NCBI GenBank assembly: GCA_964247055.1
Contig: OZ176050.1
Coordinates: 4,712,001 to 4,776,000 of the forward strand
Reading direction: 5' to 3'
Length of the DNA: 64,000 nucleotides
Origin: Paragordius varius
Lineage: Eukaryota; Animalia; Nematomorpha
The position numbers and the translations under genes are program-made. Positions 39,301 to 52,742 of the stretch are shown piece by piece. The notes under the pieces were generated by a model. The model did no database searches, had not been told where the DNA came from, and worked only from the letters and a program-made list of their open reading frames with translations. Positions within the stretch are counted from its first letter, which is position 1; the number at the start of each line of letters is the position of its first letter.

Positions 39301-40448
39301 ATATTTTAATATATTTTAAATTTAGTTATATACATTTTTTTGGAACAAAGCTTAAATAATGTTATCATTCGTAAATTGGTTAAATTCATTTTATTTATAT
39401 ATATCAAATTTGATATTCAAAAAGATACACCTAATTACAATCAAACAAATTATCTTTTAAAATTAGTTTTTCTGTAAATTTGGGGCAGCTAAAATTAAAA
39501 CATAATTAATTTTGATCATTTATTTAATATCTTTATACATTTTAATCAAAGAAAAGGGGAAGATGTGTTTTATCTTGAAATATTCAATATTTTGTATTCA
39601 AAAAAATAGTATTATAACAATTTACATGATAAAACCTCTTGTATAAAAAAATAAATGCATAATCAGATATATTTGGGAAATAATGTTATTTCTCTATTAA
39701 AATGGGTATATTTCAACAAGTTTTATTACTTTACACTTATTTTTTCAAAATTGTTTAAATCATGTCAAATGATATGATAAGAAGTAAAAATTCAGACAAA
39801 AATAAACCTAATGAAAAAACGCTCCCAAACAGCCCATACCATACGCATGAGCTAAATAAATGTATTAATCGATCCACTTTAGTTGTTGATTGTTTTTTGT
39901 TTCCAGTCGCGTTATTACAACTTCGAAAGTTTTTGTTAAGGCCAGTTGAAAATTTGAAATTAACGATAGGTCGGTAAAAGGTTTGATTCAAAGCGGTAAG
40001 TAAAAACAGTACGGCAACCATTATAATAAGTTCACATCGAAAAACTATCACCAAGAAACTTGACAAAAATATGAAGAGCCCAATTCTATCCTCCAGCCAA
40101 AAGGAAAAGGTCCATAAAACTATATAACGAATATAAGAATACAATAAAATTAATAATGTAATATTGGTTGTATTGAATATAAATATAGTTAGCTCCAAAG
40201 GGATAACGTAAAATTAAAATAGAACGATTAAATATATTCTTAATATATGGGTAGCTCTTCAATTATAATTGGACGTACAAATCCCTACCAATTCTTGTAG
40301 TGGGTTCACCCATTATATCAATATTTAGGTAAACAGTATAATTAAAAAAAATATTATAGTTAGCATAAAGATTCGGATACATTTGGGAAAATGGTTATAT
40401 AAGTATATCATATAAGATACGATTTGAAATCTAAATTATTTAAAAACT

Positions 40449-40507
<59 letters not shown>

Positions 40508-41070
40508 ATTTAATATAAAAAATATATAATACAATTTTCATTTTTATTGAAAAATAAATCACTTACAAATCATAAGAGCAAAAATATTTGGTAGCAATCG
40601 ACTAGAATAGAACATGATGTGGAATTGCGTACTCGTTATAATTATCATCCATTTGGCAATGGACGTATTTAGGCGTTTTGCCACGCTTCGATAAAATTTA
40701 TAAAAGGAACACATAAGTAATAGGCCCATAATAATTCGAACTAAAATATATCAATAACTATTTTTTACTTAAAAAGAGCGAATAAATTTTGGAGACATCT
40801 AGTACTTTCATAATATTAACTATGGGAAAAGCAAATATAGAAATAATCAGTGGTCCAATAAATGTTCTAGGGACGACTCCTGGAAATTGATTATGATCAA
40901 ACTATATGATAATTAAATAATAAGTTTACGTCGCTCAATTTCGATTGGTAAAGTAGATCATGAGTTGCTTGCACATTAAAACTTTCTTCGACTTTGGTTA
41001 ACGGGCAATATATTATGTGTAACACCATAATTACACATAAATATGCGATTAAAGCGATATCTTGAACCAT
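36353..41070 (-). CDS. ALG12: Dol-P-Man:Man7GlcNAc2-PP-Dol alpha-1,6-mannosyltransferase
   Basis: Motifs [103 protein letters not shown]. Confidence 0.96.
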
Positions 41071-41146
41071 CAAATCAACCCACAACTAATAAATCTATAA
41101 ACATCATTAAATGGTACATACAATTTTCCATATGTAACCAATCCAT
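41071..41146. promoter_or_regulatory. Very short head-to-head interval, ALG12 / TEX264
   Basis: Only 76 bp separate the predicted divergent ATGs. Confidence 0.55.
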
Positions 41147-41881
41147 ATGCATGTTCTTATTCTAATTTTTTTGGTGCTTTTAATATTTTTCTGCATTTTA
41201 TTGGTATATCTTGGTTATTCGGGATTGTTTCATCGCATAGAAGTTAGGGTTAAAGAACCGACTATTAATAATTTTAAAATAGCTTACAAATTTGCCAAAG
41301 GCCCTTATAAGGATTCTTACAAAATATATAAAGAGGTTATCAGTATTTCCCCACATACCCGATACATTGCGATATACTATGATAATCCAAACGAAGTTTA
41401 CACTAAATATTTTATTTTTATTAGTGTAGACCCGAGGAACGGAGATATTTAGTTGGAACGATTGTATCGGAGGGTAGGAATTTAGAAGATCACGAACTTT
41501 TAACCAAATTAAAACAAAATGGATTTAATGAATGGGATTTTCCTACCATTAACTATGCTGTGGTCACATCTTTTCCATATAAAAATACCACTTCAATTTA
41601 TATATCAGCATGGCGTGTATATGATGCAATCTCTAAATATGTCAAAGTGAAATTATTATGTTTTTAAGACCTATATAAAATATATTTTAGCATTTAACTT
41701 AATTTAAACGTATATATAATAATAATAATAATGTTAGGACCATAAATTACGGATTGGGCCATGTGTTGAGATATGGGAAAATGATTTTGTGAATTATATG
41801 TGTCCACTAGATCATATAGAAGATTTCTATGTTAAAGAAATTAACCCACCCCTTAGTGATGATAAAAGATGTGCCAAATAA
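41147..41881 (+). CDS. TEX264: TEX264-like protein (N-terminal TM plus GyrI-like domain)
   Basis: Exons 41147-41395, 41425-41646, 41738-41881 give 204 aa. Motifs GYSGLF, IAYKF..GPY, IAIYYDNP, AVVTSFPY, EDFYV. Confidence 0.9.
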
Positions 41882-42238
41882 TTTGTAGATATATTTCTAG
41901 TCCCTTTTATTTCAATTTCCACAACTTTATAACCCTTTTTTTCTATCCAGTATTATACCTTTAATCTCTTTCTACAAACCCTAAAAAATCTTGTAATAAT
42001 AATCTTGTCACTAAATATTTTGTGTATTATTTATATATCTAACACCAAAGCTTATCACGTTTATACCATTCTTTATTTTGCGATGTGATATGATGTGTTT
42101 ATACTGTTAATTTACCAAAAATATTTGTAATTTATTTATCATTATATATATAATAATTTACTCACAAAACACATTCGAGTTAATAAATAGATTTGCATTC
42201 CTTTATTCTACACTATTTTAATCAACTAGCGGATACAT

Positions 42239-45200
42239 TTATAAGGCTAACATAAAATTAGCGGGACTTATGAAATCACTATATTTTTTGAGTTGAATTT
42301 CGCAATCATTTTTCCAGGACACGAGAAAATTTGCAAAATCACTGATAGATTTGTTATTGGTATCCGTTTTTGTCATGTCTTCAATACGTTTAAAAGTATT
42401 AATTAATTGCCCATTTATGAATTCATTTATTTCATTTTTATTGGATACCCCAAGATGCTCATTACTTATCAAATTCCATATAAAAATGCAAGGTAAGATG
42501 ACATCTTTAACAAAATTCAAGTTTTGAGCGAGTTTCGGCGATATAATATTATCTAAAACTGGAATAGGGAATTTGATTTGTTCCATGATTTGATATAAGT
42601 GATTGATAACACAATTTGTCACAACGTTATACACAATTACTTTGTAATCTTTTGTTACAGTATAGTTTTCATTGGTGGTTGCATTTATCTAAAAATATAA
42701 AATACTACAGGCATAATCACCATGATTTGAAAAAAATGGGCTTTCGCATCATGACCATTTAGAAAAATATTTAACCATAGTTTTTATTTAATTTTTTGAT
42801 AACACATAGGTTTTATATGACATACAAAAAATTAATTGGAGGCACACCTATGATTTTGACGATTTATATGATTTTGTAAAAAAACGAAAAAATAACTCGG
42901 CTTAAGTTATTGTGTACTGTTTCAACCATCTTATGCGCGTGCGAATGGGTCACTTTATTATATTAAAATATCTTATATATACCATTTACAATTCGAATTC
43001 ACCTTGAACAATTCAAATTTACCTTCAAATAAATAATGTTTTTTTAAATTAAAAATTACCTATATTTTAATATATTTTTTAAAAAATATTGTTTAAAATT
43101 AAAATAATACTGAAAAAGTAATAAACTATGCCATAAAGATATATTTCATATTAAAAATGAGTAATATTAGTTCGAAAACACAATTGTTTTTTAGGGAGAA
43201 TTTAAATTGTTCAAGGGTGAATTTGAACTTTAAATGGATATATATGTCCAAGGCAAATTTAATTTATGCAAGTTATGCGCCAATTTTTTTTTATGTATAC
43301 CATAAGATTGATCATAAATTTAAAACATGTTTTCTAAGTGATTAAGGGTAAATGATTCTTTAAAATATTCATCATGCCGATTAACTTACGGATGTCTATA
43401 TTAATTAAAACGATAAGAGTTTTTATTTTCATTCGATAAACGATTAAACTCAAAATCTTAAATAGAGGTTTTTTGGAATTATTTGAGGTATCATCTAGCT
43501 TTTAATCGTCGTTTTAGTTTAAAAATGTATTCTGTATGCTTACATTGTTCGGAAGTAATATTTTCTTAATTAAGTTTCTAGCCAAATTTTCTATTCCTAT
43601 ATCAATGACATCATGTATCTCGAAACACATGTTTGCCAATGTTTCAAACGATTCTTCGAAGAATTCTAAAAAAGACAAATATGATTATTACCTTTTGGTG
43701 TGCCTAATTCGACTAATTTTTCACTAATTTTAAATAAAGCTAATAATAAAATAAATAATATTTGACAAATGAACCATAATACTTAAACATACCTCAATCG
43801 TTTAGTTTTAACTTATAATTTTTTATATTTATTTATTAATATGAGATGATGGCTTTTAAAATTTGACTAATCTTTATTATGATGAATATTTTAATTGAAA
43901 CATCCTTTTGATTTATAATAATAATACGAATAAAATGAAATGAATAATACCATGTTTTAATATTATATTATAATTTCTTGGATTGCAAAGCATTTTGCAA
44001 AGGGAATCTATTGAAGCCTTTTTGATCGCATATTCTGTGCAAGTAGGTAAATTATTTAAGTCAATCATTTTAATTTCCAGCAAAAGGCTTCCGATAAAAG
44101 CCGTACATGCGGATAATCTAGTATCTGCCATAACGCCATAAACATTGGCATAGAAGGATCCGAAAAAATTGATTAGGCCTAAAATTATAAAATAATTTTA
44201 ATTAAAATAATATTTCTTAGCTTTTAGCTATGAATCCAGAAAAAAACCTCTGTATTTTGTGCTTTATTTGGTTTCGACAAAATGCACAATTTTATTTTAT
44301 CATATGACATATTAACATCGCATTTTTGTTCGAACGGTCTTTAACCGATTTATTCAAGAGACTCCAAATCGAAACCGCCTGAAATCAGATCCTGGTTCTT
44401 ATTTTTAAAAAAAAATTAAGCCGGTTCTGAAACCGTGCTCTTTTGGTTGAATATTTATATCCAAGTCTCCTCCTGCTTTTTGATTGAATTAAATTACTAG
44501 CTTGGATAATAGATTATCATGTGGGTGAGAGAGTACACATCGCGATTAGATTTTTTTAATAACAAAATATTAAAAAAACCTAAATTTAGTTAAATATATA
44601 TTCCTTTTGATAATCAAAACTTTTGATTATAGCAAGAATGTCTTTATCATATATATATTATTTGGATAACTTTGCATGTCATGTCCCTTCTTTTTTAAAA
44701 ATTCCAGAAATAATTTTTAAAATACAATATACTTAGAATTAATTTGGTTTATGGGTAACACTGATTAAAATTTTGTTTAAACAAAAAAATTATAGAATTG
44801 GTGTAAGATTTTTTTGATATCATCACATACTGCAATAATTAGGATTAAAAAAATGATTAACTTGGTAATAAAAGACAATTTTTTTCATCTTGATCGATGG
44901 AAAATAAATATTTTTCAGTTTTTTCCAAAACTTTTGGATGAGCCTGGATCATGTATTCGATGCCATAAGATTTTTCTACTAATCGTGTAAATAAATCGAG
45001 GTAATGCGTTGTGTCAAATACATTGGACGTGTTAACAAAATCCTGCATTATCAAACACACTAAAGTTTCGTATTGTGATAGGAGTTTCTTTGATAAGCAG
45101 GCAATTTTTATAATGAACTATGTCAAAAATAAATTAATGTTGGAACAGAATGGATTATAAATGGTATTTTACAATACACATTAACGAGAGCTATAATTGG

Positions 45201-48200
45201 CCATTTCGGTAATACTATGGAAAAAAATTATTTTAGAACTGCTAATCTTTCCAATTATTGTTATATAATTATGTCGCACCTTGCTAAGAAATATAAAATT
45301 AATTGGCTATTTAATGTATCATGAATTCTTATGGTATAATACATAAGGTGACCAGATTTTTTGAAGGAAAAAGCGGGACAAATCAGAGAAAGGGGGGTAC
45401 AACCAAAAATTTTTATTCAAAAAATTTATTGTAATATTTTTAACACAAATACATTATAAATATAAAAAATATTTCATTCCTTGGTTGAGTGAATGCGTTT
45501 TAGCAGATTGTCATAATTTTTTAAAATATTGTAGAAATCTTCACAAGAATTTGTCAAATTATATTTGACAGATAAAATGGCCTTTAAAGTTTTAACATTT
45601 AAATTTAATTTTTCCGATGTCCTTACTGTGGAAAAAACGCGCTCAGTAGCAGCGTTTGTTCCAGGTAAAGATAGTGAAAATTCTACAATTTTAAAAATAT
45701 TATTGAACATAGTTTGTTTCAAAATGATGAAACAATTCTAACCATTTCTTTTCTACTGTATTTTTTTCTGCTGTCCATAATTTAGGTTTTTCATTATTAA
45801 TATATTTTATAACTAATGATACTTCTGAAAAAAGATCATTTTCTGAAAGGTTACTTTTTGAGAATTTTCTGGAGATGCAGATGTAACCAAATGATTTTTG
45901 AACATCGCACCAATTTAATTCTGGTTTTAATGTTCGCCAATGAAAATGATCAATTTCATTGAATTGCACCGTCCAGTCTTCCAAATGATCTACAGCTTGT
46001 ATAAAACATTTTTATATGGTACAGGATATCTTGGGGATTTATTAAGCCTTGTTTTTCTAACTTATTTATAATATTGCGGATGTTTACTGATAAAAATTAT
46101 TTTCTAACCTTTCTTGATATTGGAATTTCCGATTACTAACTTCATTGGCTACTTCGATTCCCGAATTTTTGTCATCTTCTATCAATTTAATAACATGTTG
46201 AAAGAGAGACGCTTGATTATGTAAGAACTCTAACCATATTTTTGAATCACTTTTAAAAAACTTTTCCAAAGTTTGTCCTGTAAAAAAACGATTTTAAAGG
46301 ATATTTTTAAAATTGTTTCGAGAGCTGAGAGCTAACCAACGAGTTTCACAATATCCAAGCATTTTTTGATATTGAACTTCTGCATTTTCACAGAATTCCT
46401 TAAGCGTTTCAACTTGTACCGTGTATATAAAATTAGAAATATATTTTGACAACTACATATTTCACATCTAGGGGTAACAAATCAGCAGCTGTTTGAATAG
46501 CGTTTGCGCTGCACACCCAACGTCAATAATGTTTGATTAAGATTATCTGCTAATTTATGAAAATTATTTTTTGTTCCCCTCCTTGCTTTTCTACCGAAGT
46601 TCGTATTGGTGTTGACAGCGCATGCGATGATTTTGTCATTATTTTTTTCTAGAATATTCATTATTGAAATAAAAATTATGTCGGAATTTACACCGGGTAG
46701 AGAAATAAAATAAATTTTAATTAAACTCCGGTTTCTGGATCAATATATCTTATTAAAGTGGGAAATAATTTTGTTTCCTGATTTGATAGATCAGTCAGCA
46801 AATCTTTTTGTATTTCAGAAAATGCATTGACGAAAGGACTTGCATACAATGGCTTCAGCTTTTGTACGGGCGCGAATAACCTGTAAGGTACATTCCATTG
46901 ATCTAAAGGAATGATTGTGGTTAACAGCGTGAAAAGATAAAACGCTTTCGGCTAGTCCCAAATTCTTTTCTTCTTTCTCCAAAAGCGGTTTAAAATCGCT
47001 CATTTTGTAAGATGATGCCGCCATATTTAAACATTGTTTATGTTTCTGTGTTTTCATATGCTTTGTAATATCATGCTTGCAGCCATGTGCTAGGGTTAAT
47101 TCCCCTTCGCATAGAAAACATTTTACAAATGATTCGTTCTTCGTTTTTTTAATAAAAGGAAATTCTTTCATTAATTCATCGTTGAATTTACAACCTCTTT
47201 TTTTACTCATATTTTTAAATTAATATAGGATAAAAAATATTATATTGCCTTAATTTTCTGGAGTAAACGTATAAGCTACCGGTTTGTTGTATTAATTTGT
47301 CTTTTTGATAATGTTGGCAGGTAATATAACTAAAATATTAGTATAAAAAAATATTATTACCTTAATTTTCTAGAGTAAACGTATAAGCTACCGATTTGTG
47401 GTATCTATTCGTATTTTGATAATGTTGGCAGTAGGATTAGAAAGCAAAATGTATAATCATATGATATATATTCGAAAAAAATAAATATTTTAATTTAAAA
47501 ATAAAAAATCTCAATTTAAAATTAATATAGATTTTAAAGATAACTAATGAAAAAAAATTTAAACGGATAAATAAATTTTTTATAATAAATTTAAATGTAT
47601 TAAAAAAAAATTTTTTTATATAATCTTGAAAAAGCGGGACATTTCAAAAACGCAGCGGGAGGCGGGACAAAGTGTGAGAAAGCGGGACTGTCCCGCCAAA
47701 AGCGGGACGTCTGGTCACCTTAATAATACAGCGATATTTAAACCGCGGCCCCAAAAATGCCTTTTTATGGCCCTAAAGATCTAATTTTAATTTCAAATTT
47801 GTGAAAATGTGTCAAACAGCATTGAAATTTTATCGGTATTAGGACCCTTAAAACAAGAAAAAAATTTTTTGTCTCTTAAAAATTTTTGGTGAGTACCATT
47901 GGTGTAATATATTCTAATTAATGACATTTTTATCACCGGTAACACAAAAATTTATCACTTACTCATATATATTTATATTACTTCATAAAATTTATGCTTG
48001 TTTCCGGTTCGAATTTCTTTCTTTAGCAGATCCACACCTCCTTGATCAAAAAGGAAAGGCACTTCACCATTTAATTTGTCCAAAATCTATATGTAATATA
48101 ACCACTTAGTCAGCAATAAATCGGTATGAAAAATTAACAAATATAAATGTGGTGGGCAAAATTAATCAGATAACCTTTTATCTACTTATCAAGGCAATAA

Positions 48201-48914
48201 TTATTTAAAAAGTTAATCGACGGAAAAAACTATAAAATAGACATAAAACTATATATATCGTAATTTTCAATAAATTTGCCTGAGTTGCCAATTCCATGGC
48301 TTCATTTCCTATTGTAACATTGGCACTGTTAATGTTGGACAATACTTTGAACCAAATATTCCCGTTCAAAAGCATAAGTATTTCAGCCGATGTACTGAGA
48401 CGATTTAACTAAATATATATAATATGGAATATGTTATGATAAGTTTTTAATTATTGTTTTTATATGGTTTCGATTACATACAAAATTAATAATCCATTGA
48501 ACCATGGATGTGTTGGGCTGCTCTAAAACCAGCAAGACACATTTTTGAAACAATTGGACATCTAGCATACACCCATTCAGCAACAATAACATGAGCCTTC
48601 TTTGTAGAGATTCACTATAAAGTATTTGATTATTTTGATTTAGACGCAAAAAATTTACATTTTTGTCAAATATCATAACTATTTGGTAAAAATTACTCTA
48701 ATCCGGGATTCGTTAATAATGCTATAATGTCATTGAGGAATGATTGTGATTGTCTTAAATCATGATAAACATCTTTTGAACCCTTTGTTTCCCATATATT
48801 GCAACACTTTTCAGCCAATATTTTAAAGGATTTGCGATTTTCAAGGAATTCTCTATTTAAATTACTTAGTTGATTTAGGCAGTTGTGGATATCATTACTA
48901 ACTGTATCTCCCAT
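42239..48914 (-). CDS. PSMD5: 26S proteasome assembly chaperone S5b (Hsm3)
   Basis: Divergent but collinear with human PSMD5 as recalled: NINSANVTIGNEAM (GENLSVAKAA), KFYE|FIIKIACLS (RVYELIIEISSVS), LLLPSLINFFGSF (FYLPGFVKFFGNL), KKASIDSL (KIRCLDAI). Some 3' junctions are tentative. Confidence 0.75.
42977..43243. mobile_element. 21-bp-repeat MITE, copy D (PSMD5 intron)
   Basis: ATAT-ACCATTTACA left end and the shared core; about 2 units per arm. Confidence 0.85.
45344..47722 (-). mobile_element. hAT transposon, Blackjack-like, in a PSMD5 intron
   Basis: Perfect 13-bp TIR TAAGGTGACCAGA and perfect 8-bp TSD ATAATACA (45336-45343, 47723-47730). Clustered GCGGGAC subterminal repeats and a tandem duplication of about 110 bp at 47232-47430. 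Confidence 0.96.
45474..47210 (-). pseudogene. Disrupted hAT transposase
   Basis: N-terminal C2H2/BED-like CFLC...DITKHMKTQKH and C-terminal dimerisation motif LSLPGTNAATERVFS. Split over at least four ORFs by frameshifts and stops. Confidence 0.92.
47729..47901. mobile_element. Small hAT MITE predating the Blackjack-like insertion
   Basis: Ends CAGCGATATTTAAACCGCGGCCC / GTGAGTACCATTG. The reconstructed TSD GTATAATA (45334-45341) matches GTGTAATA (47902-47909) at 7/8. Confidence 0.65.
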
Positions 48915-49667
48915 TTTATGCCTTAAAACTTATAAAGAGAGGATATTATTAGAATATTCTAATTTTTGTGCATTTCAAAACTAAAAGGGCCCTACAGATC
49001 ATTTGTTGGCAATCAACAGTTAAACAAATAATAGATTACTAATCACTTAAATTTTTAATGAATATATAACCTTGCAAAAATTTTACTTGTTTAATAATTT
49101 CATATCAAATATTATTTTTGATTTAGTTTAGTATTATTACATTTTAATTATCAATTAACCTTTATATACTAAAAATTGAGAAGGCTAGTTTTTTTTAAAT
49201 TTTAATACATGGAATTTATGACATAAAAATTAAAAAAAATATATATAGAATTTTAAAGACCGTATTTCGTGGGTTTTTAAGCATAATAATGGAAACGGTA
49301 TAAAAATTATAAGACATTTAGTTTCTGTATAATTTAATTACGCTAATCGTTCCTATCCCTTCAGAATTTTGTTTTAAACATTTCTATATCATTTAAATAA
49401 TTTATTGAATAAAAATTTTATATTTAACCTTGACAACTCTTAATCAAACTTTTAAAGTGCAGAAAATGTTAATCATCTATTATATTTATAAAAAATGACT
49501 GTTATATTAAAGTGTTTTCAGTTTCTAATATGCTAAATATGACAAACAAAATTTTGTCAAAAATTAAATTGTAAAACAATTGCATTGTTTTAAAAGGTAT
49601 ATTTTATGTCATAATATAGCATATACTAAAATGTGAAATCTTTGCATTTAATATAAGACTGACATTA

Positions 49668-49980
49668 GAGGGGGCAAAAGACTTTCGAGGCCCACATCTA
49701 AAATATTTAGTATTTTTTGTTATTTAAACACTTGATTACATATTCATTTTTTGTATACATGGTGCTTTTGTTTTTGCCTACACGGGTGATTTGAGAGAGT
49801 TATAAAAACTTTGTGGTAACTGCTCCATATTGACTTATTTTGCGCATATCTTTTAGGAAATTGTGACAAAACGCTTCAATCTGAATAATATCATTAAAAT
49901 ATATCATAAACTACCGAAAAGCAAATATATATTTTAAATTTTAGATGTGAGCTCCGAAGGTCCAACATTTCTGCCCTCCC
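49668..49980. mobile_element. Degenerate MITE with GRG-type ends
   Basis: Inverted GGCCCACATCTAAAA / TTTTAGATGTGAGCT with imperfect outward extension to GAGGGGCA / TGCCCTCCC. Related end at about 51744-51785. Confidence 0.5.
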
Positions 49981-50183
49981 AAACAGGCCAATAATATTAT
50001 TAAAAAGCGAAAAATTGCGATTGCTTGATAATAGTTTTAAACTGATTCTAAATTTTGACAAAAAAAGTTTTTTCTAAAAAATAGTTATTTTCCTTTACAA
50101 TTTAATTGTAACAAAATTTGTGGAAGTATTTTTTATAATATTTTACACGATGGGAACGTTATATGAACGCTTTAAGATATCAA

Positions 50184-50687
50184 CAATCCATTACCTTTTG
50201 GGGAGTTTTATATCCCAGGGCATTTTAAAATTTGAATATCTTAAAATGTTTTTAAGGTAAAAAGCCGAATTTAACATGCCTTGTCAAGCGCATTATACAT
50301 AAAATAATTAAAAAATGTAATCCTCATCTCAAACTTTTTTTCCAACATTTTCTATAAATTCTTTTGAATCGCTAATGCAACAGGCAAATATATTTATATT
50401 TTGGTTAGAATGTAAATAATTAACTATAAAAAGCGTACAGGCGACACTTTACGAGAAAAAACCTGATGTTTATTTTTATATTAGCAGGTAATTTCATTCG
50501 TGTTTTTGAGCTGTCCCAATTTTCTCTAGAAGTCACAAAACTGTTAAAAAGGCTTTTATATAAGAAAACATTGTTGAATAAATTTTTCAAAACAACATTC
50601 ATAACAGTTTTAATTACAAAATTAAGCTCTGGGAAAAACTACTCCAAAAGGTAAACTAGGATAAAAAAATGAATATGTAATGAAATG
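50184..50687. mobile_element. piggyBac-like element, copy 2
   Basis: Colinear with 3108-3643; right flank TTAA. Confidence 0.6.
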
Positions 50688-52742
50688 TTAAATAACACAA
50701 TATCTATTTAATTCGATTACACTCTATCAATCAGAATTAAAATTCAAAAGTGCGTTTGCTTTTTAATTTAAATTATTAAAATACAAAAAAATATCTGATG
50801 ATAAAATGTATCAGGATTATCATGGTACTTTTAAGGGCGCTAACAAGCGATTTAAGATAGCTACATGTATGGCTGCTCCATATAAAAAATGGCAGAATTT
50901 GCGATTATGTTAACACTTATTTCAATTTTTGTTCTATATGAAGTGGGGTGATTATATATCACATTTAAATTATTAAAGTTATATTTGTTAAAATTAAATT
51001 AAACATTGCTCTCATGTATTACACTTCATTCAAAATCAGGATTATGAAAAAATAACCTGGTATACATTTATATATTTAAGAAAGTTATTTACACTTTTGT
51101 GGTAAGTGCTCCATATTATTTAGCATATATTTAATATTTTTATAGCGCAATCCCGGCATTATTGAGTTTATTTTAACACTTCGATCCAAATTGGGGTGTC
51201 TTACACCCCCGACAAAATTTGAGTTGGGATTGAAACTACTGAATGAAAAGGTCCCAATTAAAATTTATGCTTCTATCCTAATAAAAATTATATAAATATG
51301 CCATAAAATTTTGTTTTAAAAATGTTTCATAAATTACTTGACGCCATTTTTGTTTTACAAAATTTTTGAATCGTATTCATTTAATTTTAAGGGTAAAATT
51401 AAAGGTAATTTTTTTTAAATTACATCCAACATTGATAGAAATAGACAAAGCTGTTTTTTTGCATTATTTTTCAATTTTACCTTTGCACACATGCCACGGT
51501 GACCAAACTTTTACCTTTCGATAAACTTAAAATAAGTAATATTAAGTATTTTTGAATAAAATATTTTTATATATTTCGGTTTAGTAATGTTATATAAGTG
51601 CAAAATTTTGCCATGGTTTCGATTCCTTCCATATTTTTTAACGAATTTAATTTTAAACAGTACGGTATTAACTACCCTAATTTGATTGAAGGACTAAAAT
51701 GATTGTGTTGTATCCAAGTGTTAAGAGAATTAGCCCATTTTAGAGAGCGAAAGAATTTGGGACTTAGGAAGCCCACATCTAAAAATTATATTTGAAATAG
51801 TGTTGCTTTTTATATGTAGTTTGTGATATCTTTTAGTGATATTTTTTAAAAATGCTCCAGCTTTCCCGAATAATTTTATTTCTAAAAATCTGCCTGAGTT
51901 TTATTTGATATTAACTAAAAATTATTTTAAAAACAATAGTGTTATTAATTATTTAGTTTGTAAAAATTCGGAACGTACTTTTACTATTTTGAGCCATGTA
52001 TGAAACTGTTTAAAACGCTTACAGATGTGATATAAACACTTTCTATATACATTGATGTTGAATATTTCTATGACCTCAAAATTTAATTAAAATATTCATT
52101 CAGTTTCAATATGTTTAATCAAAATTGTCTTTTTAACAAATCAAAAATTCTGAGGCAATAGAAATTCATCATCATCATATATATAAACAGGGTTTTTATA
52201 GTATTAAAGCGTTTCGTTTTTAATGACTCAAAATAGTATAGCTTCAACCAAATTCATTCATTTTTTAAAATATTTTAAGTGGATATTAAAGCTATCCTAT
52301 ATTAAATATTATCGCGCGCCCGGCATTTTTGCGTGGAAATTAAGATAACTAGCCCACTTCAAAAGAGTAATTTTATATATCTGAAACCGACATTTTTTGC
52401 TACATCTAATCGCAAAAAAGCCAAAACTAATATAATATGATTAAAATTTAATATCAAATGTCTTTAATGCATCTGATGTTAAATTTTGTTTTTGCAATTC
52501 GTTCGAAAAGGATGTTAAACAGATCCAAACTTTTTTCTCATTTAACTTAATCTATTTTAATAAATAGTTTGATAATTATATTTTAGCCAAATATTTAGCA
52601 TCATAAAACAGTCTGCTAAAAACACCTAAAAAGCACATATAAATTTTAGCTCAGATGTTTTATCATCACATATCAAAATCATGTGAAAAATCATCCTAAG
52701 GCATTTTGAATTTTATATTGGTAAATTTACCATAGTTTTGTA

